DNA of 64,000 nt from an uncultured Christensenellaceae bacterium. GTDB lineage: Bacteria > Bacillota > Clostridia > Christensenellales > Pumilibacteraceae. The DNA lies in NCBI GenBank assembly GCA_910588155.1, contig CAJUPB010000012.1, positions 2,046 through 66,045 on the forward strand, read 5' to 3'. Made by a program: the position numbers and the translations under genes. Below the pieces are notes generated by a model. The model did not search any database and was not told the origin of the DNA. It worked only from the letters and a program-made list of their open reading frames with translations. Below, piece after piece: positions 8,309 to 17,604 of the stretch (position 1 is the first letter of the stretch; the number at the start of each line of letters is the position of its first letter).

Positions 8309-11266
8309 ATGGGATTATTTTCTTTTTTGGCAGACAGAGACAATCGTAAGCACGTCAGACGTTTGAATGCGATTGCGGACAAGGCGGAGGTTTTCGCCGA
8401 CGAATACAGAATGAAATCGGACGAGCAATTGAAAGCAAAGACGGACGAATTCAGAAAACGTATAACGGAAAACTACGAAACTCTCGACGATATTCTCCCG
8501 GAAGCGTTTGCGCTTGTGCGAGAAGCCGCAGGCAGAGTTTTGGGTATGAGGCATTTCCACGTGCAGTTTATGGGCGGCGTATGTTTGCATCAGGGCCGAA
8601 TAGCCGAGATGCGCACGGGCGAAGGCAAAACCCTCGTTTCCACGCTTCCCGCATATTTAAACGCGCTGACGGGCAAAGGCGTTCATATCGTTACCGTAAA
8701 CGATTACCTCGCGCGACGCGATGCGGAGTGGATGGGCAAAGTTCACCGCTTTTTGGGATTGTCCGTGGGCGTCGCCGTGGCGGGAATGTCTCCCGACCAA
8801 AAGCGGGCGGCGTATAATTGCGACATCACGTACGCTACGAACAACGAGTTGGGCTTCGATTATTTGCGCGACAATATGGCGAGATATAAGGAAGAGAGAG
8901 TGCAGCGCGAACTGAACTACGCGATAATCGACGAGGTGGACTCGATTTTAATCGACGAGGCGCGTACCCCGCTCATTATCTCTGGAAGAGGCAACAAGTC
9001 GAGCGATGCTTATAAAGAGGCGCAGGACTTCGTCATCAGACTCAAACGCGAATTCGACGTTACGGGAAAAGAAAAGACCCCGTTTTTGACGGACAGAGGC
9101 AAGGCGAAAGCGAGAAAATATTTCGGTGCAAAAACGTTCGACGAGGACGAAGAGCTGGAAAAAAAGATACTTGTTTCCATTTACGATTATTATGTAAACA
9201 CGAAGCGCAAAACCGACGACATCGACGAAGACGATATGGAGGAAGAAGAGCTTAAAATTTATAAGTTCGTCAGAGACCTCCGCGGCGATTATTCGGTGGA
9301 CGAAAAAGACAAGTCCGTCACATTGACCGAGGGCGGCATACAGCTTGCCGAGAAACACTATCATATAGAAAATCTCACCGATGTAGACAATACCGAAATC
9401 AACCACTATATAAACAATGCGTTGAGAGCCAATTATCTTATGAAACTCAACGTGGATTACGTCGTGCAAAACAACGAGGTCATAATCGTCGACGAGTTCA
9501 CGGGTCGTCTTATGGTGGGCAGAAGATACAGCGACGGCTTCCACCAGGCGATTGAAGCCAAAGAAAACGTTATGATTCGCAACGAGAACAAAACGTTGGC
9601 GACGATTACTTTCCAGAACTATTTCCGTCTTTACAAAAAACTTGCCGGTATGACGGGTACGGCAAAGACGGAGGAAGGCGAGTTCAAAAGCATTTACGGT
9701 CTGGACGTCGTGGAGATACCGACGAATCTGCCCCCGCAGAGAGTGGACGAAAACGATAAGGTTTTCACGACGGTCAAAGGCAAGCTTAAAGCCGTTGTGG
9801 AGGACATAGAAGAATGTTATCAGCGCGGACAGCCCGTATTGGTGGGCACCACCACCGTCGAGAAGAGCGAAGAGCTGTCCAATCTGTTGCGTGCGGATAA
9901 AGTGCCGCACACCGTGCTTAATGCGAAAAATCACGAAAAGGAAGCCGAGATTGTCGCACAGGCGGGTAAGCTCAAAGCCGTTACGATAGCCACGAATATG
10001 GCGGGACGCGGTACCGATATACTCTTGGGCGGCAATGCCGAATATCTTGCCAAAAAGCGTATGAGAGACAACGGTGTATCGGAAGAAGAAATTTCTTATG
10101 CGACTTCGTATTTCAATACCGACGACGAAACGGTATTGCAAGCCCGCGCAACATACAAAAAGTATTACGACGAATTTAAAGTCGTTACCGATGCGGAAAA
10201 AGAAGAAGTTTTGAAAGTCGGCGGCTTGCGCATCATAGGTACGGAGCGTCACGAATCGCGCCGTATAGACAATCAGCTTCGCGGCCGTGCGGGACGTCAG
10301 GGCGATATGGGTTCGTCCGTGTTCTACCTGTCTATGGAAGACGACGTCGTTCGTCTGTTCGGCGGCGACAGAATGAAGAGAATTGCGGATATGTTCCATT
10401 GGGCGGAAGACGAGCCGATGGAAATGAAAATGCTGACGCGCGGTATAGCCAACGCGCAGAGAAACATAGAGGGCCGCAATTTCACTACTCGTAAAATGGT
10501 CCTCGAATACGACGACGTTATGAACAAGCAGCGTGAAATCGTTTACACCGAGCGCAACAAAGTTTTGCTCGGCGAGAACGTTCACGACGAAATCGAAAAT
10601 ATGATGCGCAATCGCGTCAATATAATCGTCGACGCTTTCACAAACCCCAAAACCGACTGGGACGAATGGAACGTCGAAGGATTGAACAAAGAAATTTCGT
10701 TGAAACTGCTGCCCGAAACGCCCGAATTTTTGACGCAAGAGCGTGCCAAGCTGTGGATGATAGAAGAAATCAAGGAACAGCTTTTGGGTGCCGTACAGGC
10801 GGCGTACAAATTCAAAATGGAACAGGTTTCGGCTTATGCGGAGCAGCACGGCATAGAACCGTTCGACCAGGCCGAGTTCGAAAGAACCGCGCTTTTGCTG
10901 ATTATCGACGACCAGTGGATGGAGCATATCGACTCTATGGACGCTTTGCGTCACGGCATAGGTCTCAAAGCATACGGACAGCAAGACCCCGTCATCGCGT
11001 ATAAAAAAGAAGGTTTCGAGATGTTTGACGATATGGTCGACCGCATTCACGAAGAAGTGGTCAGATACGTTATGTTTGCGCCCGTCGCCATAAAGGTGGA
11101 CAGAAACGCCAACCGTCCGATTATAACCAGTGCCACGCACGGAGCAAGGGAACTCGCTCCGCGCAAGAAGCAGCCGGACGTCAAGGCGCAGGAGCCGCGC
11201 AGAAACGACCCGTGTCCTTGCGGAAGCGGAAAGAAATATAAGAACTGTTGCGGAAGCGGAGAATAA
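8309..11266 (+). CDS. secA: Preprotein translocase ATPase SecA
   Basis: Canonical motifs are present: MRTGEGKTLV (Walker A), IIDEVDSILIDEARTPLIISG, TNMAGRGTDI, and the C-terminal zinc finger CPCGSGKKYKNCCG. The gene is followed by prfB, as in Bacillus. Confidence 0.97.
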   Translation: MGLFSFLADRDNRKHVRRLNAIADKAEVFADEYRMKSDEQLKAKTDEFRKRITENYETLDDILPEAFALVREAAGRVLGMRHFHVQFMGGVCLHQGRIAEMRTGEGKTLVSTLPAYLNALTGKGVHIVTVNDYLARRDAEWMGKVHRFLGLSVGVAVAGMSPDQKRAAYNCDITYATNNELGFDYLRDNMARYKEERVQRELNYAIIDEVDSILIDEARTPLIISGRGNKSSDAYKEAQDFVIRLKREFDVTGKEKTPFLTDRGKAKARKYFGAKTFDEDEELEKKILVSIYDYYVNTKRKTDDIDEDDMEEEELKIYKFVRDLRGDYSVDEKDKSVTLTEGGIQLAEKHYHIENLTDVDNTEINHYINNALRANYLMKLNVDYVVQNNEVIIVDEFTGRLMVGRRYSDGFHQAIEAKENVMIRNENKTLATITFQNYFRLYKKLAGMTGTAKTEEGEFKSIYGLDVVEIPTNLPPQRVDENDKVFTTVKGKLKAVVEDIEECYQRGQPVLVGTTTVEKSEELSNLLRADKVPHTVLNAKNHEKEAEIVAQAGKLKAVTIATNMAGRGTDILLGGNAEYLAKKRMRDNGVSEEEISYATSYFNTDDETVLQARATYKKYYDEFKVVTDAEKEEVLKVGGLRIIGTERHESRRIDNQLRGRAGRQGDMGSSVFYLSMEDDVVRLFGGDRMKRIADMFHWAEDEPMEMKMLTRGIANAQRNIEGRNFTTRKMVLEYDDVMNKQREIVYTERNKVLLGENVHDEIENMMRNRVNIIVDAFTNPKTDWDEWNVEGLNKEISLKLLPETPEFLTQERAKLWMIEEIKEQLLGAVQAAYKFKMEQVSAYAEQHGIEPFDQAEFERTALLLIIDDQWMEHIDSMDALRHGIGLKAYGQQDPVIAYKKEGFEMFDDMVDRIHEEVVRYVMFAPVAIKVDRNANRPIITSATHGARELAPRKKQPDVKAQEPRRNDPCPCGSGKKYKNCCGSGE

Positions 11267-11274
11267 TTCGGAAG

Positions 11275-12375
11275 ATGCTGATTCTCGACGATATAAAAGC
11301 AAAATACAGACAGCTCAAAGAAAAGTTCGACGTTTGCGCGCAGGCAGTCGACTTGACGGCTTTGAAAGCGCGTCGAGCCGAAGTCGAAGAGCAACAACAG
11401 TCGCCCGACTTATACAGCGATTTGAAACGGGCGCAGGCGGTCAACAGCGAGGCGAAATATCTCGACAATAAGATAACGCTCGTGGAAGGACTTTCGGGCA
11501 AATTGAACGATTTGTCCGAGTTTATGGAGCTTGCGGAAGCCGAGAGCGACGAATCGCTTGTGGGCGAAATCGAAGGCTCGCTTTCGGCTTTGGACGGCGA
11601 AATAGAACAATTCCATTTGCAGACGCTTCTGAAAGGCGAGTATGACCGCAATAGCGCCATATTGACTCTGCACGCGGGTGCGGGCGGAACGGAAGCGCAA
11701 GACTGGGTGTCTATGCTGTACAGAATGTACAGAATGTATTGCGAAAAACAGGGCTTTTCTTTGGAAGAAATAGACTATCTCGCGGGCGACGAAGCCGGTA
11801 TAAAGAGCGTTACTTTTGCCGTGCGCGGAATAAACGCATACGGATATCTCAAAGCCGAAAAAGGCGTTCACAGGCTTGTGCGCATTTCGCCGTTCGACGC
11901 GAATGCACGCAGACACACTTCGTTTGCTTCTTTGGAAGTTATGCCGGAGATTGAGGGAGAGACCGAAATAAAAATCAATCCCGAAGATTTGCGCGTGGAC
12001 AGATATCGCAGCGGCGGCGCGGGCGGTCAGCACGTAAACAAGACCGACAGCGCAATCAGAATTACTCATATTCCGACGGGTATAGTCGTGCAATGTCAAA
12101 ACGAACGCAGCCAGATACAGAACAGGGAGACGGCTATGCGGCTTTTGATGGGCAAACTCATTGAAATGAAAGAGCGCGAAAACGCCGACAAAGCCAACGA
12201 AATAAAGGGCGAAATGAAAAAAATAGAATGGGGCAGTCAGATTCGCTCTTATGTGTTTCAGCCCTATACTCTCGTAAAAGACCACCGCACCGGCGTGGAG
12301 AATCCCGACGTGCAGGCGGTTATGAACGGAGATATAGAGGAGTTTATTTTCGATTATCTGCGCAAATCGGGCTAA
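11275..12375 (+). CDS. prfB: Peptide chain release factor 2, encoded in a single frame (no +1 frameshift site)
   Basis: SPF tripeptide (RISPFDANARRHTSF) and GGQ motif (GGAGGQHVNKTDSAIRITH). I chose the ATG at 11275 (MLILDDIKAKY). No in-frame TGA or CTTTGAC is present near codon 25. Confidence 0.95.
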   Translation: MLILDDIKAKYRQLKEKFDVCAQAVDLTALKARRAEVEEQQQSPDLYSDLKRAQAVNSEAKYLDNKITLVEGLSGKLNDLSEFMELAEAESDESLVGEIEGSLSALDGEIEQFHLQTLLKGEYDRNSAILTLHAGAGGTEAQDWVSMLYRMYRMYCEKQGFSLEEIDYLAGDEAGIKSVTFAVRGINAYGYLKAEKGVHRLVRISPFDANARRHTSFASLEVMPEIEGETEIKINPEDLRVDRYRSGGAGGQHVNKTDSAIRITHIPTGIVVQCQNERSQIQNRETAMRLLMGKLIEMKERENADKANEIKGEMKKIEWGSQIRSYVFQPYTLVKDHRTGVENPDVQAVMNGDIEEFIFDYLRKSG

Positions 12376-12388
12376 TGAGGAAGGTAAT

Positions 12389-13444
12389 TTGTACAACGTT
12401 GTAAAACAATTCGAAAAACTGAAAGGGCGGCAAGATATCGTGATTCTGGGTATCGAAAGCTCTTGCGACGAAACTGCCGCCGCCGTATACAGCGGCGGCA
12501 AAATTCTTTCGGACGTCGTGGCGTCGCAAGTGGAAATTCACAAGCGATTCGGCGGCGTGGTGCCGGAAATCGCGTCGAGAAATCACACTTTGGCGCTTCC
12601 GAACGTCGTGGACGAGGCTTTGAAAAAAGCGGGCGTCGGCTTAAACGATGTCGATGCGATAGGCGTGACGTACGGCGCGGGACTAATCGGCGCTTTGCTC
12701 GTCGGCGTTTCCTCGGCGAAAGCATTGGCTTATGCCGCAAATAAACCGCTCATTAAAGTAAACCATATACAGGCACATATCTGCGCCAATTACATCGAAC
12801 ACGAAAATTTGAAACCGCCCTTTCTTGCGCTTGTCGCCAGCGGCGGACATACGAGCGTCGTGGAAGTGAACGGGTTTAACGAATATAAACTTGTCGGCTC
12901 GACTACGGACGATGCGATAGGCGAGGCGTTTGACAAGGTGGCGCGTCTTTTGGGACTTTCGTATCCGGGCGGACCTAATATCGACAGATTGGCGAAGGAC
13001 GGAAGAAACGTCATCGAGTTTGTCAAGAAAAAAAAGACGGATGGGGAGAGAATAAGTTATTCCGGACTTAAAACCGCCGTGGTGAACTATATTCACAATT
13101 GCAAACAGAGGGAAGAAGAGTACGATGTCAAAGACGTTTGCGCGTCGTTTACTGCGGCGGCTGTCGACCCGCTTGTCAAAATGGTCGTCAAAAACGTGCA
13201 AAATTTAAAAACGGACAAATTGGCAATCGCGGGCGGCGTGGCATCCAACAGTTATCTGCGCGCGAAAATGAACGAGGCGGGAAAACATTACGGCTTCGAA
13301 GTCATTATGCCGTCGCCCTCGTATTGCACGGATAATGCGGCAATGGTTGCCGTGCGCGCCGCATTGTCCGCAAGAGAAGGGAGAAATCTTGCCGAGCTCG
13401 ACTTGAATCCCGTGGGCAGTCTCGGCATAGGCGGTGACGAGTGA
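12389..13444 (+). CDS. tsaD: tRNA N6-adenosine threonylcarbamoyltransferase TsaD (Kae1/Gcp family)
   Basis: ILGIESSCDETAAAVY, HIQAHI, ALVASGGHT, and a C-terminal CTDNAAM. Confidence 0.95.
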   Translation: MYNVVKQFEKLKGRQDIVILGIESSCDETAAAVYSGGKILSDVVASQVEIHKRFGGVVPEIASRNHTLALPNVVDEALKKAGVGLNDVDAIGVTYGAGLIGALLVGVSSAKALAYAANKPLIKVNHIQAHICANYIEHENLKPPFLALVASGGHTSVVEVNGFNEYKLVGSTTDDAIGEAFDKVARLLGLSYPGGPNIDRLAKDGRNVIEFVKKKKTDGERISYSGLKTAVVNYIHNCKQREEEYDVKDVCASFTAAAVDPLVKMVVKNVQNLKTDKLAIAGGVASNSYLRAKMNEAGKHYGFEVIMPSPSYCTDNAAMVAVRAALSAREGRNLAELDLNPVGSLGIGGDE

Positions 13445-14595
13445 GCGGTTTCGTTTCGTTTGAAAGCGGCTCTTTGAAAGACGCGTTCGGCGGCGTCGGT
13501 TCGGACTCGTCCGCGCTGAAAGGGAAAAAGATAGTCGTCGGGATGAGCGGCGGCGTGGACAGCTCCGTAGCTGCGCTGCTATTGAAACAAGCGGGCGCGG
13601 AAGTAATCGGTCTGTTTATGAACAATTGGAAAGAAGAGGACGGCGGCGTGTGTACTTCCGCGGCCGATTGGGAGGACGTTATCGGCGTGTGCGGCAAGCT
13701 GGACATTCCGTATTATTCCGTCGACTTTTCCGAAGAATATATGAAAAACGTATTCGAAACATTTTTGCGGGAATACGAAATCGGACGCACGCCCAATCCC
13801 GACGTGCTGTGCAACAGAGAAATAAAGTTCAAGCCGTTCAAACATTATGCCGAAATGCTCGGTGCGGATTACATTGCGACGGGACACTATTGCGGCATAA
13901 GACAAAACAATACCCCCGAGCTTTTGACGGCGGCGGACGAGAGCAAAGACCAAACTTACTTTTTGAATCAAGTGGAAACGCAGAGTTTGAACAACGTACT
14001 TTTCCCTTTGGCGTCTATGCGGAAAAAAGACGTGCGTGTATTGGCGGAAAAGCACGGTCTCGTGACTGCCGAAAAGAAAGATTCGACGGGCGTATGTTTT
14101 ATAGGCGAAAGAAACTTTAAAAAGTTTTTGAGCGGATATTTGCCTGCTTGTTCGGGTGAAATACGCGATTTAAGCGGTAAGGTTGTGGGACGGCACGACG
14201 GACTTATGTACTATACATTGGGGCAGAGACGCGGTCTCGGAATAGGCGGAATCAAAGGCGAGCGCGAAAATCGCTGGTACGTCGTGGAAAAGAACCTGAA
14301 AGACAACATTTTGGTCGTTTCTTGCGGAGAGGGCGAAGAGCTTATGTCGCAAAGTTTGCGCTCCGGCAAGTTTAACGTCATAGGAGAGCGCAATTTCGGA
14401 CATACTTTCGAATGCGGAGTCAAAGTGCGATATCGACAGCCCTGTCAAAGAGCAAGCGTGGAAATAAAAAAAGACGGCACTCTCAAAATAAAGTTTTTCG
14501 ACAGACAACGCGCGGTTACCGCGGGACAGTATGCGGTTTTGTATAAAGACGGGAGATGTCTCGGCGGCGCGACGATAGAAGAGGTTTTCAGATGA
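13441..14595 (+). CDS. mnmA: tRNA-specific 2-thiouridylase MnmA
   Basis: PP-loop VVGMSGGVDSSVAALLL, NPDVLCNREIKF, DSTGVCFIG. The GTG at 13441 overlaps the tsaD stop. The roughly 30-aa N-terminal extension makes the true start uncertain. Confidence 0.92.
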   Translation: MSGFVSFESGSLKDAFGGVGSDSSALKGKKIVVGMSGGVDSSVAALLLKQAGAEVIGLFMNNWKEEDGGVCTSAADWEDVIGVCGKLDIPYYSVDFSEEYMKNVFETFLREYEIGRTPNPDVLCNREIKFKPFKHYAEMLGADYIATGHYCGIRQNNTPELLTAADESKDQTYFLNQVETQSLNNVLFPLASMRKKDVRVLAEKHGLVTAEKKDSTGVCFIGERNFKKFLSGYLPACSGEIRDLSGKVVGRHDGLMYYTLGQRRGLGIGGIKGERENRWYVVEKNLKDNILVVSCGEGEELMSQSLRSGKFNVIGERNFGHTFECGVKVRYRQPCQRASVEIKKDGTLKIKFFDRQRAVTAGQYAVLYKDGRCLGGATIEEVFR

Positions 14596-14918
14596 AAGAC
14601 GGGTTTTTCGAAACGGTTTACGAGGCGGTAAAGAGAATACCGTCGGGCAAGGTGGCTACATACGGTCAAATTGCGCGGGCGGCGAAAAGACCCCGCTGTG
14701 CGAGGCAGGTCGGGTGGGCATTGCACGTCAATCCTATGCCCGGTGTCATTCCCTGTCACAGAGTGGTAAACCGAGAGGGCGCGACGGCTCCCGCTTTCGC
14801 TTTCGGGGGCAGCGATGTTCAGCGGCGGCTGTTGGAGAATGAAGGCGTGAATTTCGATTCGGAAGGGCGCGTTAAAAGAGAATTTTTTGCGAGCGACGAA
14901 GAGCTTGCCGAAATATAA
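14592..14918 (+). CDS. MGMT-family protein (methylated-DNA-protein-cysteine methyltransferase DNA-binding domain only)
   Basis: IPSGKVATYGQIA and the PCHRVV active-site motif. About 108 aa. The ATG overlaps the mnmA stop (ATGA). Confidence 0.75.
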   Translation: MKDGFFETVYEAVKRIPSGKVATYGQIARAAKRPRCARQVGWALHVNPMPGVIPCHRVVNREGATAPAFAFGGSDVQRRLLENEGVNFDSEGRVKREFFASDEELAEI

Positions 14919-14948
14919 AAAAGCAGAAATTACGGAGGTATAAAGAAT

Positions 14949-15761
14949 ATGGGTTGCAATCACGATTGCGATAGTTGCGGGTCCGCTTGCGGAGAAAAAG
15001 ACAGTCTTATCGAAAAAGCGCACCCGCTTTCCAATGTCAAAAAGGTGATAGGCGTGGTGAGCGGCAAAGGAGGCGTGGGAAAATCCACCGTGACCGCTCT
15101 TTTGGCTTGCGCTATGAACAAAAAAGGAAAAAAGACAGCGATTTTAGACGCAGATGTGACGGGTCCGAGCATACCGAAACTTTTCGGTATCAGAGAAAAA
15201 GCGACGGGAAGCAACGAGGGTATGTTTCCTGCGTTGACGAAAGACGGCATAGAAGTTATGAGCGTCAACCTTTTGCTGGAAAACGATACCGACCCCGTCG
15301 TGTGGCGCGGTCCCGTTATAGCGGGCGCGGTAAAACAGTTTTGGGGCGAGGTAATCTGGAACGACATCGACTATATGTTTGTGGATATGCCTCCCGGAAC
15401 GGGCGACGTGGCTTTGACGGTGTTTCAGTCTTTGCCCGTTGACGGCGTGATTATCGTGACGTCTCCGCAGGAATTGTCGAATATGATTGTTGCGAAAGCG
15501 GTCAAAATGGCACAGCTTATGAAAGTTCCCGTTTTGGGACTTGTGGAAAATATGAGCGGTTTCGTGTGCCCGGATTGCGGCAAAATGCACGAGATATTCG
15601 GAAAATCGCACGCGCAGCAGACTGCGGACGAAATGGGAATAAAACTGCTTGCCAAGTTGCCGCTGGACCCCGACCTTACCGCGCTTTGCGACGCGGGGCT
15701 GACGGAAAAGGCAGACGTATTGCCGATAATGGCGGCGGCGGACGTGATTTCGTCGCTTTAA
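14949..15761 (+). CDS. Mrp/NBP35-family Fe-S cluster carrier ATPase
   Basis: Deviant Walker A SGKGGVGKSTV, the CPDCGK motif, and an N-terminal Cys cluster CNHDCDSCGSAC. Confidence 0.9.
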   Translation: MGCNHDCDSCGSACGEKDSLIEKAHPLSNVKKVIGVVSGKGGVGKSTVTALLACAMNKKGKKTAILDADVTGPSIPKLFGIREKATGSNEGMFPALTKDGIEVMSVNLLLENDTDPVVWRGPVIAGAVKQFWGEVIWNDIDYMFVDMPPGTGDVALTVFQSLPVDGVIIVTSPQELSNMIVAKAVKMAQLMKVPVLGLVENMSGFVCPDCGKMHEIFGKSHAQQTADEMGIKLLAKLPLDPDLTALCDAGLTEKADVLPIMAAADVISSL

Positions 15762-15853
15762 ACCGCCTGTATTAAACGCTTGAAAAAAATCCCGAAATGT
15801 GATATAATCGTATGAGAGTCGAAGTTAAGCGACGGTAAAAGCGGAGGCGTAAT

Positions 15854-16873
15854 ATGAAAGCGCAGAGAATATACGGACCCGGAGACGTGCGTGCGGAAGA
15901 ACTTCCCTCGCAGCCCGTGGGCGAAAATTGCGTTAAAATCAAAATACTCAAAGCGGCGGTCACGCACAGCGACAACCTTATTTACGAGGGAACCCGCTCG
16001 GTGAAATACCCAGTGACGCTCGGACGGCATTGCGTGGGTATGGTGACGGAAGTCGGAGAGGCAGTCAAAGGTTATGCGAGAGGAAACAAGGTCGCCGTAT
16101 CTCCGATAAAGGCTTGCCGCAAATGCAGCGAATGCGCGGCGGGCAGATTCGACAGTTGTCTGAACAAATTGGAATACGGCGTCGGGGAGGACGGTTTCTT
16201 TCGCGATTTCGCCGTCGTCGGCGCGGAGGATTTATATAAATTGCCCGAGCGCATAGAGGACAGCGAGGCAATGTTTTTGGAACAAATAGCCACGGCGATA
16301 AACATTGTCGGCAAACTCGGTCTGGAAAAAGGCGAGCATATCGCGATAGTCGGCGCGACGGTGACGGGCATAATTCTCGCGCAGGTTGCAATATACTATC
16401 AGGCGGTCCCCGTTCTTATGGATTTGAGACGGGACAGATTGGACGTCGCGTCCAATTTCGGAGTCTATTACACCGTCGATACCACGGAGAGCGACGCACA
16501 TAAAAAGATTTTTTCTCTCACCGGCGGCAGAATGGCGGAGACTTGCGCTTATATGGCGCAGGGAATAATGCCGCTTACGCGCACCTTCGATTTTTTGAGC
16601 AATCGCGGCAGAATGGCGATTTGCATTCCCGACGGAGCAAAAGAGCTTTCCGCCGATTTGTCCGTCGCGGTCAAAAAACAGCTTGACCTGTTCGGCATAA
16701 GCGGAATGGGAAAAAATATTCCGAGCGCGATAAATATGCTTGCAAACAAAAGCGTCAAGGTTGCGCCGCTTATTTCCAAGGAAGTGAAATTCGACGAAGT
16801 GCCCGAAGCTCTGAAAGAAATGGGGCAGCACCCCGACAAATACGTCAAAGTTATCGTGAATATGGATTCTTGA
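15854..16873 (+). CDS. Medium-chain dehydrogenase/reductase (zinc-ADH superfamily), atypical active site
   Basis: The structural-zinc loop CRKCSECAAGRFDSC is conserved. The positions of the catalytic Cys, of His-Glu and of GxGxxG read AAVTHSD, GRHCVG and GATVTG. Confidence 0.7.
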   Translation: MKAQRIYGPGDVRAEELPSQPVGENCVKIKILKAAVTHSDNLIYEGTRSVKYPVTLGRHCVGMVTEVGEAVKGYARGNKVAVSPIKACRKCSECAAGRFDSCLNKLEYGVGEDGFFRDFAVVGAEDLYKLPERIEDSEAMFLEQIATAINIVGKLGLEKGEHIAIVGATVTGIILAQVAIYYQAVPVLMDLRRDRLDVASNFGVYYTVDTTESDAHKKIFSLTGGRMAETCAYMAQGIMPLTRTFDFLSNRGRMAICIPDGAKELSADLSVAVKKQLDLFGISGMGKNIPSAINMLANKSVKVAPLISKEVKFDEVPEALKEMGQHPDKYVKVIVNMDS

Positions 16874-16894
16874 TAATTTCGATACGGAGGAAAG

Positions 16895-17602
16895 ATGATA
16901 AACGTAGCCATAGTCGAAGACAGCGAAAAGGACGCGGAAAAACTCGCGGACTTCGTTCGCCGCGTTTTAAACGAGGCGGGACGGCAATGTCTCATAACTT
17001 CTTTCAAAACTTCCGTATCCTTTCTCGAAGGTTATCGCGCCAACTACGAAATTGTGTTTATGGACATCGAATTGCCGGATATTGACGGAATGGAAGCCGC
17101 AAAAAGGCTGCGCGCCGCCGATTCCGACGTGATTCTTATTTTTGTCACGAATATGGCGCAATTCGCAGTCAACGGTTATGCCGTGGACGCAATGGATTTT
17201 ATGGTAAAGCCCGTTTCATACGACAATCTCAAATTGAAAATGTCGAGGGCGTTGAAACGTCTGGACTTACGCAAGGACGAAAAACTCGTCATACAGGGAA
17301 AGACGGGCGCACAGGTTGTGCTTATTCCGCAAATTCGTTATGTGGAGGTTATGAACCACAAACTGACGATTTACACCACGGAAGGGGCGGTGACGGCGTC
17401 CGGTTCGTTGAGCAAGATAGAAGAGAAACTCGCGGGCTTTGATTTTTCGCGTTGCAACAATTGTTATCTTGTGAATCTTAATTACGTTACCGGCGTGGAC
17501 GACTTCACGGCTTATGTCGGCGGCGATGCGCTTTCGATAAGCCGTTCGCGCAAAAAACAGTTTTTGAAGGACATCGCCGACCATCTCGGCGGGAGTATAT
17601 AG
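16895..17602 (+). CDS. LytTR-family response regulator
   Basis: The receiver domain carries the acceptor-Asp context (IVFMDIELPDIDG). The C-terminal LytTR domain has IRYVEV...LTIYT and RCNNCYLVNLNYV. Confidence 0.88.
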   Translation: MINVAIVEDSEKDAEKLADFVRRVLNEAGRQCLITSFKTSVSFLEGYRANYEIVFMDIELPDIDGMEAAKRLRAADSDVILIFVTNMAQFAVNGYAVDAMDFMVKPVSYDNLKLKMSRALKRLDLRKDEKLVIQGKTGAQVVLIPQIRYVEVMNHKLTIYTTEGAVTASGSLSKIEEKLAGFDFSRCNNCYLVNLNYVTGVDDFTAYVGGDALSISRSRKKQFLKDIADHLGGSI

Positions 17603-17604
17603 AT

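Noticed and set aside
8948-11302. A 784-aa minus-strand ORF antisense to secA.
   Set aside because: It has the same shadow-ORF explanation. The secA frame carries unmistakable SecA motifs.
11275-11400. I looked for the classical prfB +1 programmed frameshift (SD-like element plus CTT TGA C near codon 25).
   Set aside because: The gene is one uninterrupted frame and the equivalent position reads GTC GAC TTG ACG. RF2 genes without the frameshift are known in a minority of bacteria, so this is not anomalous.
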